A stretch of DNA of 40,269 nt from Candidatus Methanophagales archaeon ANME-1-THS (GTDB lineage: Archaea; Halobacteriota; Syntropharchaeia; Alkanophagales; Methanospirareceae): the NCBI GenBank assembly GCA_004212135.1, contig RXIE01000128.1, positions 1-40,269 on the forward strand, in the 5' to 3' direction. A model generated the notes under the pieces. It searched no databases. It saw only the letters and a list, made by a program, of their open reading frames with translations, and was not told where the DNA came from. Below, one piece after another: positions 1 to 12,100 of the stretch; the stretch's first letter is position 1, and the number at the start of each line of letters is the position of its first letter. Made by a program: the position numbers and the translations under genes.

Positions 1-1790
1 GCCCAGTAGGAGTGAATGACAATCCAAATCTCGGAGAAACTGACCACTTTAACCACACCATAGATGAGGATAGCACAAGGACATACGCCGTTAAGTTCAA
101 TGACACAGGCTCTTATACGATAAAAGTAATAGATTGGGGTGCTAATGGCGTTTTTGACGGAACATACGACGCCACGGGTGTGCCGTTTGCCGCAGGTGGA
201 GATGATTCGGAGGACACCGTAGATATTACGGTATCACCTAAAGCAGTTACCTTTGACGTACCAGCTACGGCTGTCATCGGAGAGAAGTTTACGATAAAAG
301 GAACTGCGAGCACAGGTACTTACGTAACGGTTGCGGTGGATGACTACGTATATTTAGAATTAGATCGGCTCGTACTTGATGTAAACAAACAATTTTCGAA
401 GGAAATTGATACCGCTGTCCACCCAGCGTTCAAAATAGCTGGTCTGGTACGATTGAAGGCGTTTATCGACAGACCCCCGGGAACAGGCCCTATAGAACCA
501 ACAGAAAAAGATGATGGGTCAGTGGTGATATTATTGGTGAACGGAAGCTTAGTAGCTGAGCTATCAAGTACGTATGTAGCGCAGGGTGACGATTTCAAAA
601 TAAGCGGTACAGCACGAGGGTCAAAGAGTGTGGATATCGTAATCGTTCCTCCAAAGGGTTCTGGTGGCACAATGATAGATGGCACAGCTAAGTGGGAACT
701 TTGTCCGGGGCAAGTCGTAGGTATATATCTGGCATCCGCATCCGTCGCTGAAATCGATCATAACTTCTCGAAGAAGATCTATGTTGGAGATGACGTTGAC
801 ACCGGAAATTATTTAGTTGTAGTACTCAGTCCAGGAAGCGATGGTTTATATGGAAAAGCAGGATGGGCTACTCTTCCAGAAGCGCTAGCCAATTATAATC
901 TCGTTGACAAGACCCAAGAGGAGATCCTGGCGATATTGCAGAATATAACTGCTGAAAGCGATGACCTCTGGGTACAGCTTTACATGAAAGTGGAACTTCC
1001 GTTTGTGAAGCTCGATCCGATTGCAAGTGTGAAAGTTGGAGAGCCGCTGGTGGTAACTGGAACTACCAACAGAGAGGAAGGATTTGCAATTGTTGTTACG
1101 GTCAAAGGACCGGTAGAGCTTACACCACAAGTTGTCACAATAACAAAGGGAACATTCAATGCAATCTTTGATACAACGGGTGCTCCCGCAGGCACATACA
1201 CAGTAAAAGCAGACGATGGAGATGGACATACAGACACAACAACAGTAAAAATACTCCCAGCAATTACACCTACATCAATGCGTCTCTATGAACATTGGAA
1301 CTTCATTTCAGTCCCGAAAAAGCTAGTAGAGGGAAACAACAATTTCAGTCAAGTATTTGGCATGGTGAACACTTCAGGGCATTCGATTTTCTATTATGAT
1401 ACAGTGATAGGCTGGAGAGCGGTAAATGCGAGCGATGAAGTAAAGCCGCTCCGGGGCTACTGGATCTACTCAGCCGAGGATACGGTCGTGTATTTGACTT
1501 ACGACACTTACCCGCTCAGGACGCCGCCAACAAGACAGTTATACAAAGGTTGGAATGCAATTGGATTCTCAGACACGGTACCAGCAGCAGCGAATTCCGC
1601 CTTAACGTCCATTGAGAAAAGCTGGGCGTATTTAATTGGTTTTGACGCTCGTTCTCAAGTATATGAGTCCGCAATAATAAACAATGACGAGACCGGCGGA
1701 GTACATGATGAAGACAGTTTGATGTATCCAATGAAGGGCTACTGGGTTTACGTAACTGAAGACTGCGAGTTAGCAGGGGTTAGCATTTGA
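1..1790 (+). CDS. Cell-surface protein with Ig-like repeats, probably 5'-partial
   Basis: The ORF-track start at 12 is a GTG, and the frame is open back to the window edge, so the N-terminus probably lies upstream. Three beta-sandwich-like modules each carry a G-T-A/T motif (FTIKGTASTG, FKISGTARGS, LVVTGTTNRE). The C-terminus has a duplicated module (HWNFISVP...GYWIYS and GWNAIGF...GYWVYV). It is on the same strand as two secreted proteins, immediately upstream of them. Confidence 0.6.
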   Translation, partial: PVGVNDNPNLGETDHFNHTIDEDSTRTYAVKFNDTGSYTIKVIDWGANGVFDGTYDATGVPFAAGGDDSEDTVDITVSPKAVTFDVPATAVIGEKFTIKGTASTGTYVTVAVDDYVYLELDRLVLDVNKQFSKEIDTAVHPAFKIAGLVRLKAFIDRPPGTGPIEPTEKDDGSVVILLVNGSLVAELSSTYVAQGDDFKISGTARGSKSVDIVIVPPKGSGGTMIDGTAKWELCPGQVVGIYLASASVAEIDHNFSKKIYVGDDVDTGNYLVVVLSPGSDGLYGKAGWATLPEALANYNLVDKTQEEILAILQNITAESDDLWVQLYMKVELPFVKLDPIASVKVGEPLVVTGTTNREEGFAIVVTVKGPVELTPQVVTITKGTFNAIFDTTGAPAGTYTVKADDGDGHTDTTTVKILPAITPTSMRLYEHWNFISVPKKLVEGNNNFSQVFGMVNTSGHSIFYYDTVIGWRAVNASDEVKPLRGYWIYSAEDTVVYLTYDTYPLRTPPTRQLYKGWNAIGFSDTVPAAANSALTSIEKSWAYLIGFDARSQVYESAIINNDETGGVHDEDSLMYPMKGYWVYVTEDCELAGVSI

Positions 1791-1811
1791 AAATGGATGC
1801 TTGGAGACGAA

Positions 1812-2852
1812 ATGAAACAAAAGAGACGATTAATTGCAATCCTAGCTATCTTAGTGCTCTTTTCATCTTTTCTTTCCACTACTACGGCATTTGATTTACC
1901 ACCGTTACCCGCAGAATTCTACGGTCTCGTGGAAATAAACGGAAAACCAGCACCAGTAGGAACAGAAATAGTAGCAAAAATAGGGGACGAAGCAAGGGGT
2001 AAATTAGATACAGAAAAAGGAAAATACGGTGGCTCGGGGAAATTCGATGAGAAACTCGTGGTTCAAGCTGGTGACGAAGAAATAGGCGAGATTATATCCT
2101 TCTGGATTAACGGATTAAAAACTGAGCAAACTGCGATATACGAACCTGGTACTCTTAATTCGATTAACCTGGCAGTGACGATGCCTGAAATCTCACCAAC
2201 ACCACCAGTAGAAGTCAGGGGAAGAGATAGCAGCGGGGGAGCGGCACCGGAAGCACCAATGAACGTCCCGATAGATCCAGCAACAGGTGCTGTAACATCC
2301 ACCACAACATTAACGGTTGACCGCGCAACCTTGACCGTTCCAGCGGGCGCCATCGTGAAGGATGCGGAAGGAAAGCCGCTCTCAACTCCAATCACTATGT
2401 TACATACCGCAACAATTGCAGAGAGCGTTGGTGCACTTACTGCGTACGATTTCGGGCCGAGTGGGACGACGTTTTCGCCACCAATTGACCTTGTGATTGC
2501 ATACGACCCGGCAGACATACCTCAAGGGTTCCGTGAATCAGATCTTGTGATCAGGATGTGGGACGGCACGACATGGGTTGATCTTGATACGACCATAGAT
2601 ACAGTAACGCATACCGCAACTGCAAAGGTGTCGCACTTCACGTTATTCGCTCTCTTCGCAGTTCCACCAGCAATGCCAACGCCTACCCCGATAGTAACTC
2701 CTGCGGTAACACTAGCAGTAACACCAGCACCTACGTCTACACCACCTGTATTCAAATTGCCAGCAATGAGCATCGTCGTAGTCGTAATAATAGCACTGGT
2801 CATTGCCGTGATAATCATAGCAGGCGCTTACAGGATGCGGAGAAGGAGATAA
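1812..2852 (+). CDS. Secreted surface protein with PGF-pre-PGF-like domain and C-terminal membrane anchor
   Basis: The ORF track gives 1797..2852. I prefer ATG 1812 because GGAG lies 5 nt upstream and MKQKRRLIAILAILVLFSS looks like a signal peptide. The segment TLTVPAGAIVKDAEGKPL...GPSGTTFSPPIDLVIAYDPADIP...WDGTTWVDL...AKVSHFTLFALFA matches the PGF-pre-PGF domain of methanogen surface proteins as I remember it. This is followed by a Pro/Thr linker, then a hydrophobic helix and RMRRRR. Confidence 0.7.
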   Translation: MKQKRRLIAILAILVLFSSFLSTTTAFDLPPLPAEFYGLVEINGKPAPVGTEIVAKIGDEARGKLDTEKGKYGGSGKFDEKLVVQAGDEEIGEIISFWINGLKTEQTAIYEPGTLNSINLAVTMPEISPTPPVEVRGRDSSGGAAPEAPMNVPIDPATGAVTSTTTLTVDRATLTVPAGAIVKDAEGKPLSTPITMLHTATIAESVGALTAYDFGPSGTTFSPPIDLVIAYDPADIPQGFRESDLVIRMWDGTTWVDLDTTIDTVTHTATAKVSHFTLFALFAVPPAMPTPTPIVTPAVTLAVTPAPTSTPPVFKLPAMSIVVVVIIALVIAVIIIAGAYRMRRRR

Positions 2853-3105
2853 CAAAAAGGTTTATTCCCCCTCTTTTTCAATCTTGGTTTGATTACACCT
2901 ACCACACCTTCGCGTATTCGTCCTGGAGGACGCCAAACGAAAGATTGAAGGATTTCACTGCGAGAAGTTCCGAAGCTATAGCAGGACTTTAGGTTCGTAC
3001 TTCAGATTCTTATACCTTTTTAAACTCCACTCTGCTTTGCATAGCTCTATCTATCGTAATTTCATTCACTCAGGAGAGATGGAGAAGTTATGAGAGAGGG
3101 ATTAT

Positions 3106-6100
3106 ATGAATACAAGACATAGCATTTTAGTGGTTGAGATCAGTCTCTTAGTCTTCTGTCTGCTCGTTGGAACAGTGGCTCCAACGACCTGGTATGCGGA
3201 CGATGGAGGCGGAGCGGATTTCACCCGGATACAAGACACGGATCGTGCATCTGCTCGTACGGTTCCATTGGATAAATTTGTTGGCGAAATCGATGCTTTC
3301 CAAAAGCCCCGTTCTGATGATTCCTCCTCGCTTTCCCTCTCTAACGAATCAACGATTTCAAATTCTTATACCAATTCCTTATCGTCCGATATTGACCGCT
3401 TCTTACATGCGAACAAATCAGTCTTCCTCTTCTTCTATGCCAACTGGTGCCACTTCTGCCAGGAGCAAAAACCTATAATTGATGAATTGGAGCAGGAATA
3501 TGCTGATAGGATTACGTTTATCCGTACCGATGCCGACGAAAATCCACACGCACTGAATGAGTTCAGCGTTACAGAACTCCCTGCTCTGTTTTTGATTATT
3601 GATAAGAACGAGGAAGGATACGTTTATCAGAAATTTAGCGGCTTTACAGGGAAAGAAATATTGACAGAGAGTTTTGATTATGTGGTTGCGAATGGGCGTT
3701 TACCTGAAGATTCGGGATATCCCTCCTCATCTTCCTCATCTTCCTTCCGAATTCCAAAATCGAACGAGATTGTGAGCCGAAGCTCCCTCACCATAGATGA
3801 CCTCTCTTTCCTTGAAAATGATACGGACTTCCAGGAAAATCTTGCGTATGTAAGAACCCAGGGCTATGTTTACCCGAGCGCTGCGGAAAAAATCACCTAT
3901 TCAGATGAATCATACTCAATTAACTTACTGCTCTCCACTAGTGATACTACCAATGTTGTTTTTATTTCCAAATCATTTCGAGCAAGTGGTTCTGGCACTT
4001 ATATGATGAAATGGAAGGATGATGGCATTGTTATTTTCAATAAGGATGGCGGGATAACAATTTATGACAATGGTTCTATTTCCAGCTACGATACGCATCA
4101 TAGCTGCAGTTTCACAGATTGCGAGCTTGCGTGCGTAACGAAGAAATTCAAGAACCCCTCGCTGTTATATCTTGAACAAAAGATAACCGATATTCTTCTC
4201 TCGTGCGCAGGCGCGAAAGCCGCGGATGCTTTTAAAAATTCATATAAATTCACCAAATCAGTCAAATGCGGATATGAATGCAGCGGTGCAGATCCTTCTG
4301 TTTCTTCTTCCAAATGTGCAAGATGCATTATAGGCATCACAGCCGGGTCAGTGCCGGGAGCAGGTTGCGCTGTTGGTTTATGGAACATTCTGGGCGATTT
4401 CCTTGACCCCTATGCGGACTGCGCATCTGAATGCGCTGCAGATCCCTCTGCTTATGGAAACCCGTGCAAGAACAATCAGGTTAGAAAAATCTGCATCGAG
4501 AATTTTGGGGGACTCGAAAATACCGATGGCATGGTGGGCGAGAGCTGCAACGATTGCACGTGGGAATTTGACTATGCAGTTTTGCCAATTAGAGTGTGCC
4601 CTCTAAACCAGGAGTGTGTGATGACTCCATCGGGTCAACCAGAGTGCCGGGAGAGGACTGAATGCAGGAGCAATGACCGATGTGTTACCGCTTCACGTGC
4701 TCCCGGTGGATGCTGCCAGTATACGCGCAGTCCTGGGTGCGATCAGCCCGATGATAACTTTGACGTCTCCACACCAAATGCTCCAGCACTGGAAAGTTCC
4801 TCTACTTCTCCTGAAACGATATATGATCCAGCGGTGGCGGTGCTGAACAACGGATTTGCACAGGGTATAATAGCCCATCTTGCAAGAAATGGAGAGCAAG
4901 TGGGGCTGGTTGAACCGAACTTAGCAGGACTTGATCGCTATACGATCCTCATCATACCCTCCGGAGGGCTTCATGGAGTAGGAACTGAGACATTCAAGAG
5001 CACAATCGATAGCTTTGTTTTCAATGGCGGTGTGCTCATTGTCTTCGATCAACAATATGGCTCAGATTACAGCTCAATACCCGGCAAACTGCAAGCGTTC
5101 GGCTGGCGCGAAGACCAGAGCTGCCAGTTCAGTTCCACCGCAATGACCGCCTTCCACCCCATTTTGAGTGGGCAGCCAGGTATTGTTTCCAGTTTCAATG
5201 TAGATGGCTTCTTCACGAAATGGCCCGCAAATGCAAACATCATTTTAACAAGGACCAAAAATGGCTTCCCGGCATTTATAACCTACCCGCATGGAAGAGG
5301 ATTAATAATCGCCTCAACCCTGTACTCCGATTATTCTCAAACCCTCCACCAGCAAACCGGGGATGAACTACTATTAATGCGAGACCTGACAGCCTGGATC
5401 CGGGGCATAAGGAGTATGCCCCCGTACCTCGAACGGGATGTTGCTGTCGAAACTCTTCCTCTCCGCTCACCCAGCAATTTCTCAGTAATCATCAGAAATG
5501 TGCAGATGGAATCTGCAACCTACCCAGAATTTAATGCCGGCGATACCGTAGTTCTCCCAGTAAATGTGACCAATTATGGGAACAGGACAGCAGATATGGT
5601 AGCTTTTAAAATTTACAGCCCCACCTTCGTGCCCAGCTATGTAAACGTCTCAGCCGCTATACCTCCAAACGCCAGTCAGAATATCACCCTCAATTATAAG
5701 ACGCTTCCCTCCTCACAACAAGGAATCTGGTTTACCCTGTACACTCTCTACTCAGAAGATGAGCCGATCTGGGCTGACTATGGAGATGCATTTGCGCTGG
5801 GCGTTACCATGACTGATCTCTCCTTATTTACTATATCACTCGTTCTCAGATCTCCTGCCAATTACGTTGTGGATACTCGAACCGTATCCACTCGTATTCT
5901 TCCAGGGGAGAGCCAAACAGTGGGAATAGAACATACTCTGCCATATGGAGATGTATATGGTATCTGGTACCTGGAGTACAAAGTAGAAAACCAAATTGGT
6001 GAGGTTACTGATAAAGGCATAAAGATGTTCTCGTTAACCAGATTCAATACCACCGAGAGAGGCTGGACATATCCGGGCAACTTCAGCTTCGCCATTACGA

Positions 6101-9100
6101 GCGAGACAGAGGACTTCATAGTTGGTGAGCCCGCAGTGTTCACATTCCTCATCTGGAATTCTGGAGCTGAGGATAAAATAGTGAATGTAACGTGGGGTGC
6201 CATCCACCACGTGTGGCGCGGAGTCGTGCCAGGCGGCTGGGATTGGGGAATGGATAATAGTGTGCTTGTAAGAGCGCATAATTACACCTCCTTCCAGTAT
6301 ACCCTCCCTCGCGTGGTAGAATCGGATAGACTGCGAGCAAAATTCTACATAGACGGACATCTTGTTGGATACGCTGACAGGGGAATAAATGCCGTAACGC
6401 CTGCAATAAGGATCGAGCTGAGCACCAATCGCAGTGCGTATTATACCGGTGATGATGTGTTGTTAGATTTGACTGCAACCAATTTGAGAAGCGTGTCATA
6501 CAATGTGTCCCTCAACCTCTCAATATACGACCCTGAATCACAGGTTGTGCTTCAAAACTCTACGGTGATACCCTTTTCAGCGGATTCCCGAGAGGAGATT
6601 GAGTACAAATACCCGCTTTCTGACGATGCAAAGGTAGGACTGTATCGTATTTCTGTTAACTGGGCGGGCGGCGCCGGGACTGCATCCAAAAATTTCATTG
6701 TGGCACCGCCCCACCTGCAGATGATAAATAAAACACTGCCGGAAATCATCATACCCGGTTCAATTCAAACTGCATCGTTCACCATAAAAAATATCGGGAG
6801 CAGCGGAAATGCAACATTTAATCTCTCATTCAAGAACAGCACCGATATAGTGTACGAGGATACCGGGACATTCAGACTCGCGCGAGGCGAGGAGACGGAA
6901 CTGAATTTCAGTATCTCAGCAGAGCCACACAAATACACTTACGGCAACAAATTTGTAATCGCCTATACTTTTGACTCTGGAGATTATGGAACGATTAATG
7001 GCGCTGAGGTGTACCCCTCGAGTCTTGCCGTGCTTTTTGACACGAAACCACGCTATAAACAGGGGGAGAACCTCACCTTCAACGTCACCATTCGTAACTC
7101 CGGCAAAACGGTTGAGAACATAACGGCTAACTTTACCGTGCCGAGTTTAGCACTTGAAGATATAGCTGAACGTAACCTCTACTCGGGTGAAAAGTATACG
7201 CAGAGTTTCAGCAAGCTGATACCCCTTGAGGTGGGAAGCGGTGTCTACGCTATTATTGCAGAAATAGGCGGAAAAGAATACAAATCGAGCTACTACATAC
7301 CCTCGCCTGACCTTCTCCTCAGCCTGAATGCGGCTGAATACTCAGCGGGAGAGGATATAACAATAGGTATAGACAATTCAGGTGGCGCAGTCACACCGTT
7401 CAACCTCAGTATGTTCCTCATCGACTCTGGGGCGAGCAGGATAGCGGACAAGAGTGAAACAGATATGTTATTTGCAGGAGAGTTCAAAGAGTATCTCCTC
7501 CACATACCGGGCCAGGCGACGAGCGGAAGTTATATGCTGCGTGCGCAGGCAGAGTACGGAGGCAGAGCTGCAAGTCTTTCCAGGAGTATCACAATAAACG
7601 GACTTGAAGCGGGCCTCAACGTAAGCACCACTAAGAAAATTTACCTCGCGACAGAGACCAAAACGGTGCAAAGCACTATAACAAATGGCGATACAGCAAT
7701 TGAAACTGCAACCCTTCAACTACAAATCATAGGACAGCCTACTGGCATAGAAGAAGGCACGTGGCAGCGCCACCCTACGCCTTGGGACGTGCCGATGTTT
7801 GGGGCAATCGAGATTGACAGCAATGGAGACATATGGCTCGGAACCTCCGGAACTGGTTCATACACTTCAACAAAGATGTTTGGCGTTCTCAAGTACACCT
7901 CTGGCGTATTTGAAAGATATACCAATGCCCTTGAGTGGGGCGCCAAAAGCATTGCAATTTACAACAATACGATATACGCTGCAAACTATTATGGCCCTGG
8001 AGTTGCCTCGCTAAATGAAAGCGGATTCAACACCCTGCTTTCCACCAACAGCGAGCTTCCAAGTGAAGGTATTCTTGAATTGGATGCAGATTCCTCTGGC
8101 TTATGGTTTGTTTCTCATGTAGGAATAAGTCGTTTCGATGGCACACGATGGACCCATTACAATTATTCAAATACCGGTCTAAATTTATATGGACATATCG
8201 AGGCGGATAATAAAGGCGGCGTATGGGTGGGGGGATACTCTGGCTGGTATCACTTCAATGGCAGCGCCTGGGAAGTCTTTAACTCTACCAACACCAACGG
8301 CCTCTTCTTCGCTCAACTTCACGATATAGAAGTGGATAGCACTAACAACACCTACTTCATGGGCTGGACAGCGATGGGCCGTCCGACCAAGATCGTTACG
8401 TTTGATGGCACGAACTGGACGCAGGAGGAGAAAGATATATGCGGACAGAATTACATAGCGGATATAGACGTAGCACCTGATGGCACGCTCTGGGCTGCAT
8501 GCGTGCAACAAGGGGCTTATTTCAAAAATGCAACGGGATGGCAGCTCCCGCTGACTACCGCGAACTCAGGTCTGCCCTCTAACTATCTAACAGCTGTTAA
8601 AGCAGACGCGGACAAAGTTGTATTTGGAACAGCAGAGCCTCTTGCGGGATATGAGAATTACAATATGGCTCTTGCGCTATATAATGGCACCTGGGCTGTT
8701 TATAACCAATCTAACTCGAATATTCCCTCAAGAAATAAATCCGGGAGCTCAAATCAAATCAATGCTCTAGAGATTTCTCCCGACGGAACTATCTGGCTCG
8801 GACATAACCTCGGTCTCTCAAAGCTTGAAAATGGCGAGTTTGTTAATTATTATAACACCGGTACGATCAACTCCAATGATGTATTTTCACTATCAAAATC
8901 ACCAGGTGGAGAGCTCTGGTTTGGAGGATATACCGCGATTGATAAATTCAATGGAAGCTGGAACGGCTTCAGATATCAGGATAGCTTCGGGCCCCGCGCG
9001 TGGTATTGGCGCTCAACATACGTGGATTCAAAAGGCAGACTATGGATAGCCGCTGACGACTATGGAATACTGATGTATAATGGAACAGGTTGGACGCACT

Positions 9101-12100
9101 ATGATTATTCTAAAAATGAAGAATTCAATTATGACCGTATTCACTTTGTCCCCACGGAGCGATCTACCAATGAGATAGTGGCAATGGGAGAGGACTCCTC
9201 AGGAGCAGTCATAGCAGTTAACTCCTGGGGCGACCAGTACACCCTCTACGAGAATAATTCGGCGTTTGAGGATTATCCTGGTTATGGTGGCTTTTTAGAT
9301 ATGGTCATAGACAGCGCTGATAATCGGTGGTACATAGATTCCCAGGGTGCTTACGGTCTTTTAAAGCGTGATAACGCAGGAGTATACACGCGATACTTGC
9401 CCCCCGAAGAGCTTTGGCCCCCCGAAGAGACTTATATCTCTGCTCTCGCGCTTGATAGCGCTGGAAGAATCTGGGCTGGAAGCATAGATAGCACGTATGA
9501 TGCATCAACTCGCATTCAATTGTTCGTCTGGGATGGTCTTGCATGGACAAAATTCGAGAGCGAAGACCTGGAGCTTTCGCTCTATCTGCTTTATAAAATG
9601 AAATTCGATTCAACCGGCAGGCTCTGGATAACTACGAATATTGGTCTGTTTTCATTTACCCCCGGATCATTTACGATTGAAGCGTACAACGGAACCTGGC
9701 AAATAGTAGGCATCGAACACTTCCAGGGTCAGCCATATCCTGACCGATATGCGACAAAAACAATAGATCTGCCCGAGGGCAGTACAAAAGTCCGATTGAC
9801 GCATAAGAACACAGAAACTGCCCATATAGATGCAGCGCTTCTTAACGGCAATGCTCCGATACGTATTATTGATCGAAGTACGAATGCTCAACTGCCGCCC
9901 GCCAAGCTCGCAAAAGCGGATTACGACATAATTGACGCGGTCGCACGTACGATTGAAATTGCATGGGGCTCTCCGGGAACTAAGCTGACCTTAACAGCGG
10001 TCGAAGAGGATATACGTGGAGTACCAATTTCATGGCCTGAAGAGGGCTATCTGAACTATCTACTCGGTACGCCGCAAACCTTCTCGAAGTACCTTATTCC
10101 CGCTTCAAGCCATCCTGCAGGCACCTTCTACGCAACCTTCTCAACCACTCCCGATGTGTTACTGGTGAATCTTGATGTTACGGGCGACAATACGTTAGAT
10201 CCCGAAGGGGACTGGGCAGAACTTCGCATAGTAACTCAGAATGGTCTCAAGAGTTTCCGTATCAGCAATACAGAAACCGTCTGGGGCACAAGCAGGTATG
10301 AATACACCGAGAAGGTACCATGGCAGCACAAAACCTATCAATTTAGTATACCGCTCAGCGAATTAGGCGTATCCCATGGAGACGAAATAATGTTCCAGAT
10401 CGGCTACTATGGAACGATGGTCGTCCCACCGCCGGCGCCAATTGCAACACTTCTCTGGGAGGATATACGGGAGATTAACCTCTCGCCTCACGAGACTTTG
10501 GCTGAGGATATAGATGTGGGCACGCTTGGCAACGCGGTTGGCAAACTTATTCTGCGCGGTACTCTACGGTCTTCAACCGGGCAGCTAATAGCTGAAGATG
10601 AGTATCTCTTCTACGCTATCAAAGGAAATACCTCGCTCGAGACGGAACTCAATAAAAAGATATACAGACCTGATGAAATCGTAGCCCTTAAGGAGCGGGT
10701 GAGAAATCACGCAGACGTTGCTCTCGAAGATGCCGCGCTAAAAGTCGAGGTTGACGGCGCCGAGGTGTATGCTCGATCTGGAGTTAGCATCTCAGCGGGC
10801 GGCTATTTTGATTTCCCTGTTACTATTCCCCCGGTTGAAGGAAATCATTCTATCAGAAGCAAGGTCACTCAGGCAGGCAATGTGCTGGTAGAGATACTAG
10901 ACGAATACAAAGTATCAGCCCCGTCACTGGAGGAGAATATTACCATACCGGATATTGCAGGTAGAGCTCCATTCTTCATCGAGGTACTGCTCAATAACAC
11001 CGGAGAGGTTGACGCGAGTGTAACGGTGAGCATAGATGATAGCGCGCAAGCCGCATCACTCATGCCCGGCGAGATAAAACTCTTGAGGTTTGAGAAGCAG
11101 ATACATGCAACGTCAACTATAATCATCAACATTTCAGGCGACCTCACCAAAACCATAACGAAAGAGGTTGTATTTGGAGAATCTGTTGCTATTTCCTTGA
11201 ATACGAGCACGGCTTACACGCCTGGTCAGGTAGTCATCCCCTACCTTGTTGCAAACAATGGTCTCTTAGATGTGAACTTCAATCTCACGTTCAGCTTGGA
11301 TTCAAGCACTGAAGCAAGAGCGATATATCTCCCTGCCGGAGAAAATATGACGGGATTATTGGTGTACAATCTCACCTCAGGCGAGTACATCCTGAGTTAC
11401 ACCTCCATCTATGGCAGCGATAGCAAAGTGATTGTGGTAGCGCCGAGGGGAGCAGAGATCCAGAATGTGAGCATTGTGGAGAACGAAGGTGCTCTTGTTG
11501 TCTCGAGCACCATGAAAAATCGGGGCGGTGAGCAGTTCATCGGAACCGTACACCTGAGCTCAGAATTCTATATGAATGAAACCGCACTTGAACTTGATGC
11601 AAGTGGAGAGAGTAATTTAACGTTTGGTATAGACACCACAAATGTCTCTGAAGGCGTATATACCATAACTCTTACGGTGCTTGAGGACGGGATTCCAGTC
11701 TCCGAAAAGTCAGGAGAAGTGCAATTAGCGCCAAAGATCATCTTCACCGCACTACCAGGCGATCTGGTCTTTTCACTCGGAGAGACTCGAGATCTAATTG
11801 TAGGTGTTAAGAATTATGGCACAGCCGGCGGACTTGCCGAGGTCAATATGACCATGCAAGGCATTGGAACACAGACCAATTCCACCTGGCTGCGCCCCGG
11901 AGAAGAAGCAGATCTTGTATTCACTGCGATAATCCCGGATGACTTAGAAGAAAAGAGCTATACGATGTTCTTGGAGTTGAATGGAACGAAAAATAAGATC
12001 TCGTATTTCGTGCACGGGGCAAAAATCTCGGTAAATGCGAGCCTGGACAAGTATTTCTATACCGAAGGCGAGAACGCCACGCTTACCCTGCAGGTGAAAA

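Noticed and set aside
2971-2983. 13-mer cgaagctatagca shared with 29714-29726, which would add a fourth copy of the TATAGCA promoter-like block upstream of the giant gene.
   Set aside because: With about 40,269^2/2 site pairs against 4^13 sequences, on the order of ten chance 13-mer identities are expected in this window. The downstream TGTGAA block at the +35 offset is also absent here.
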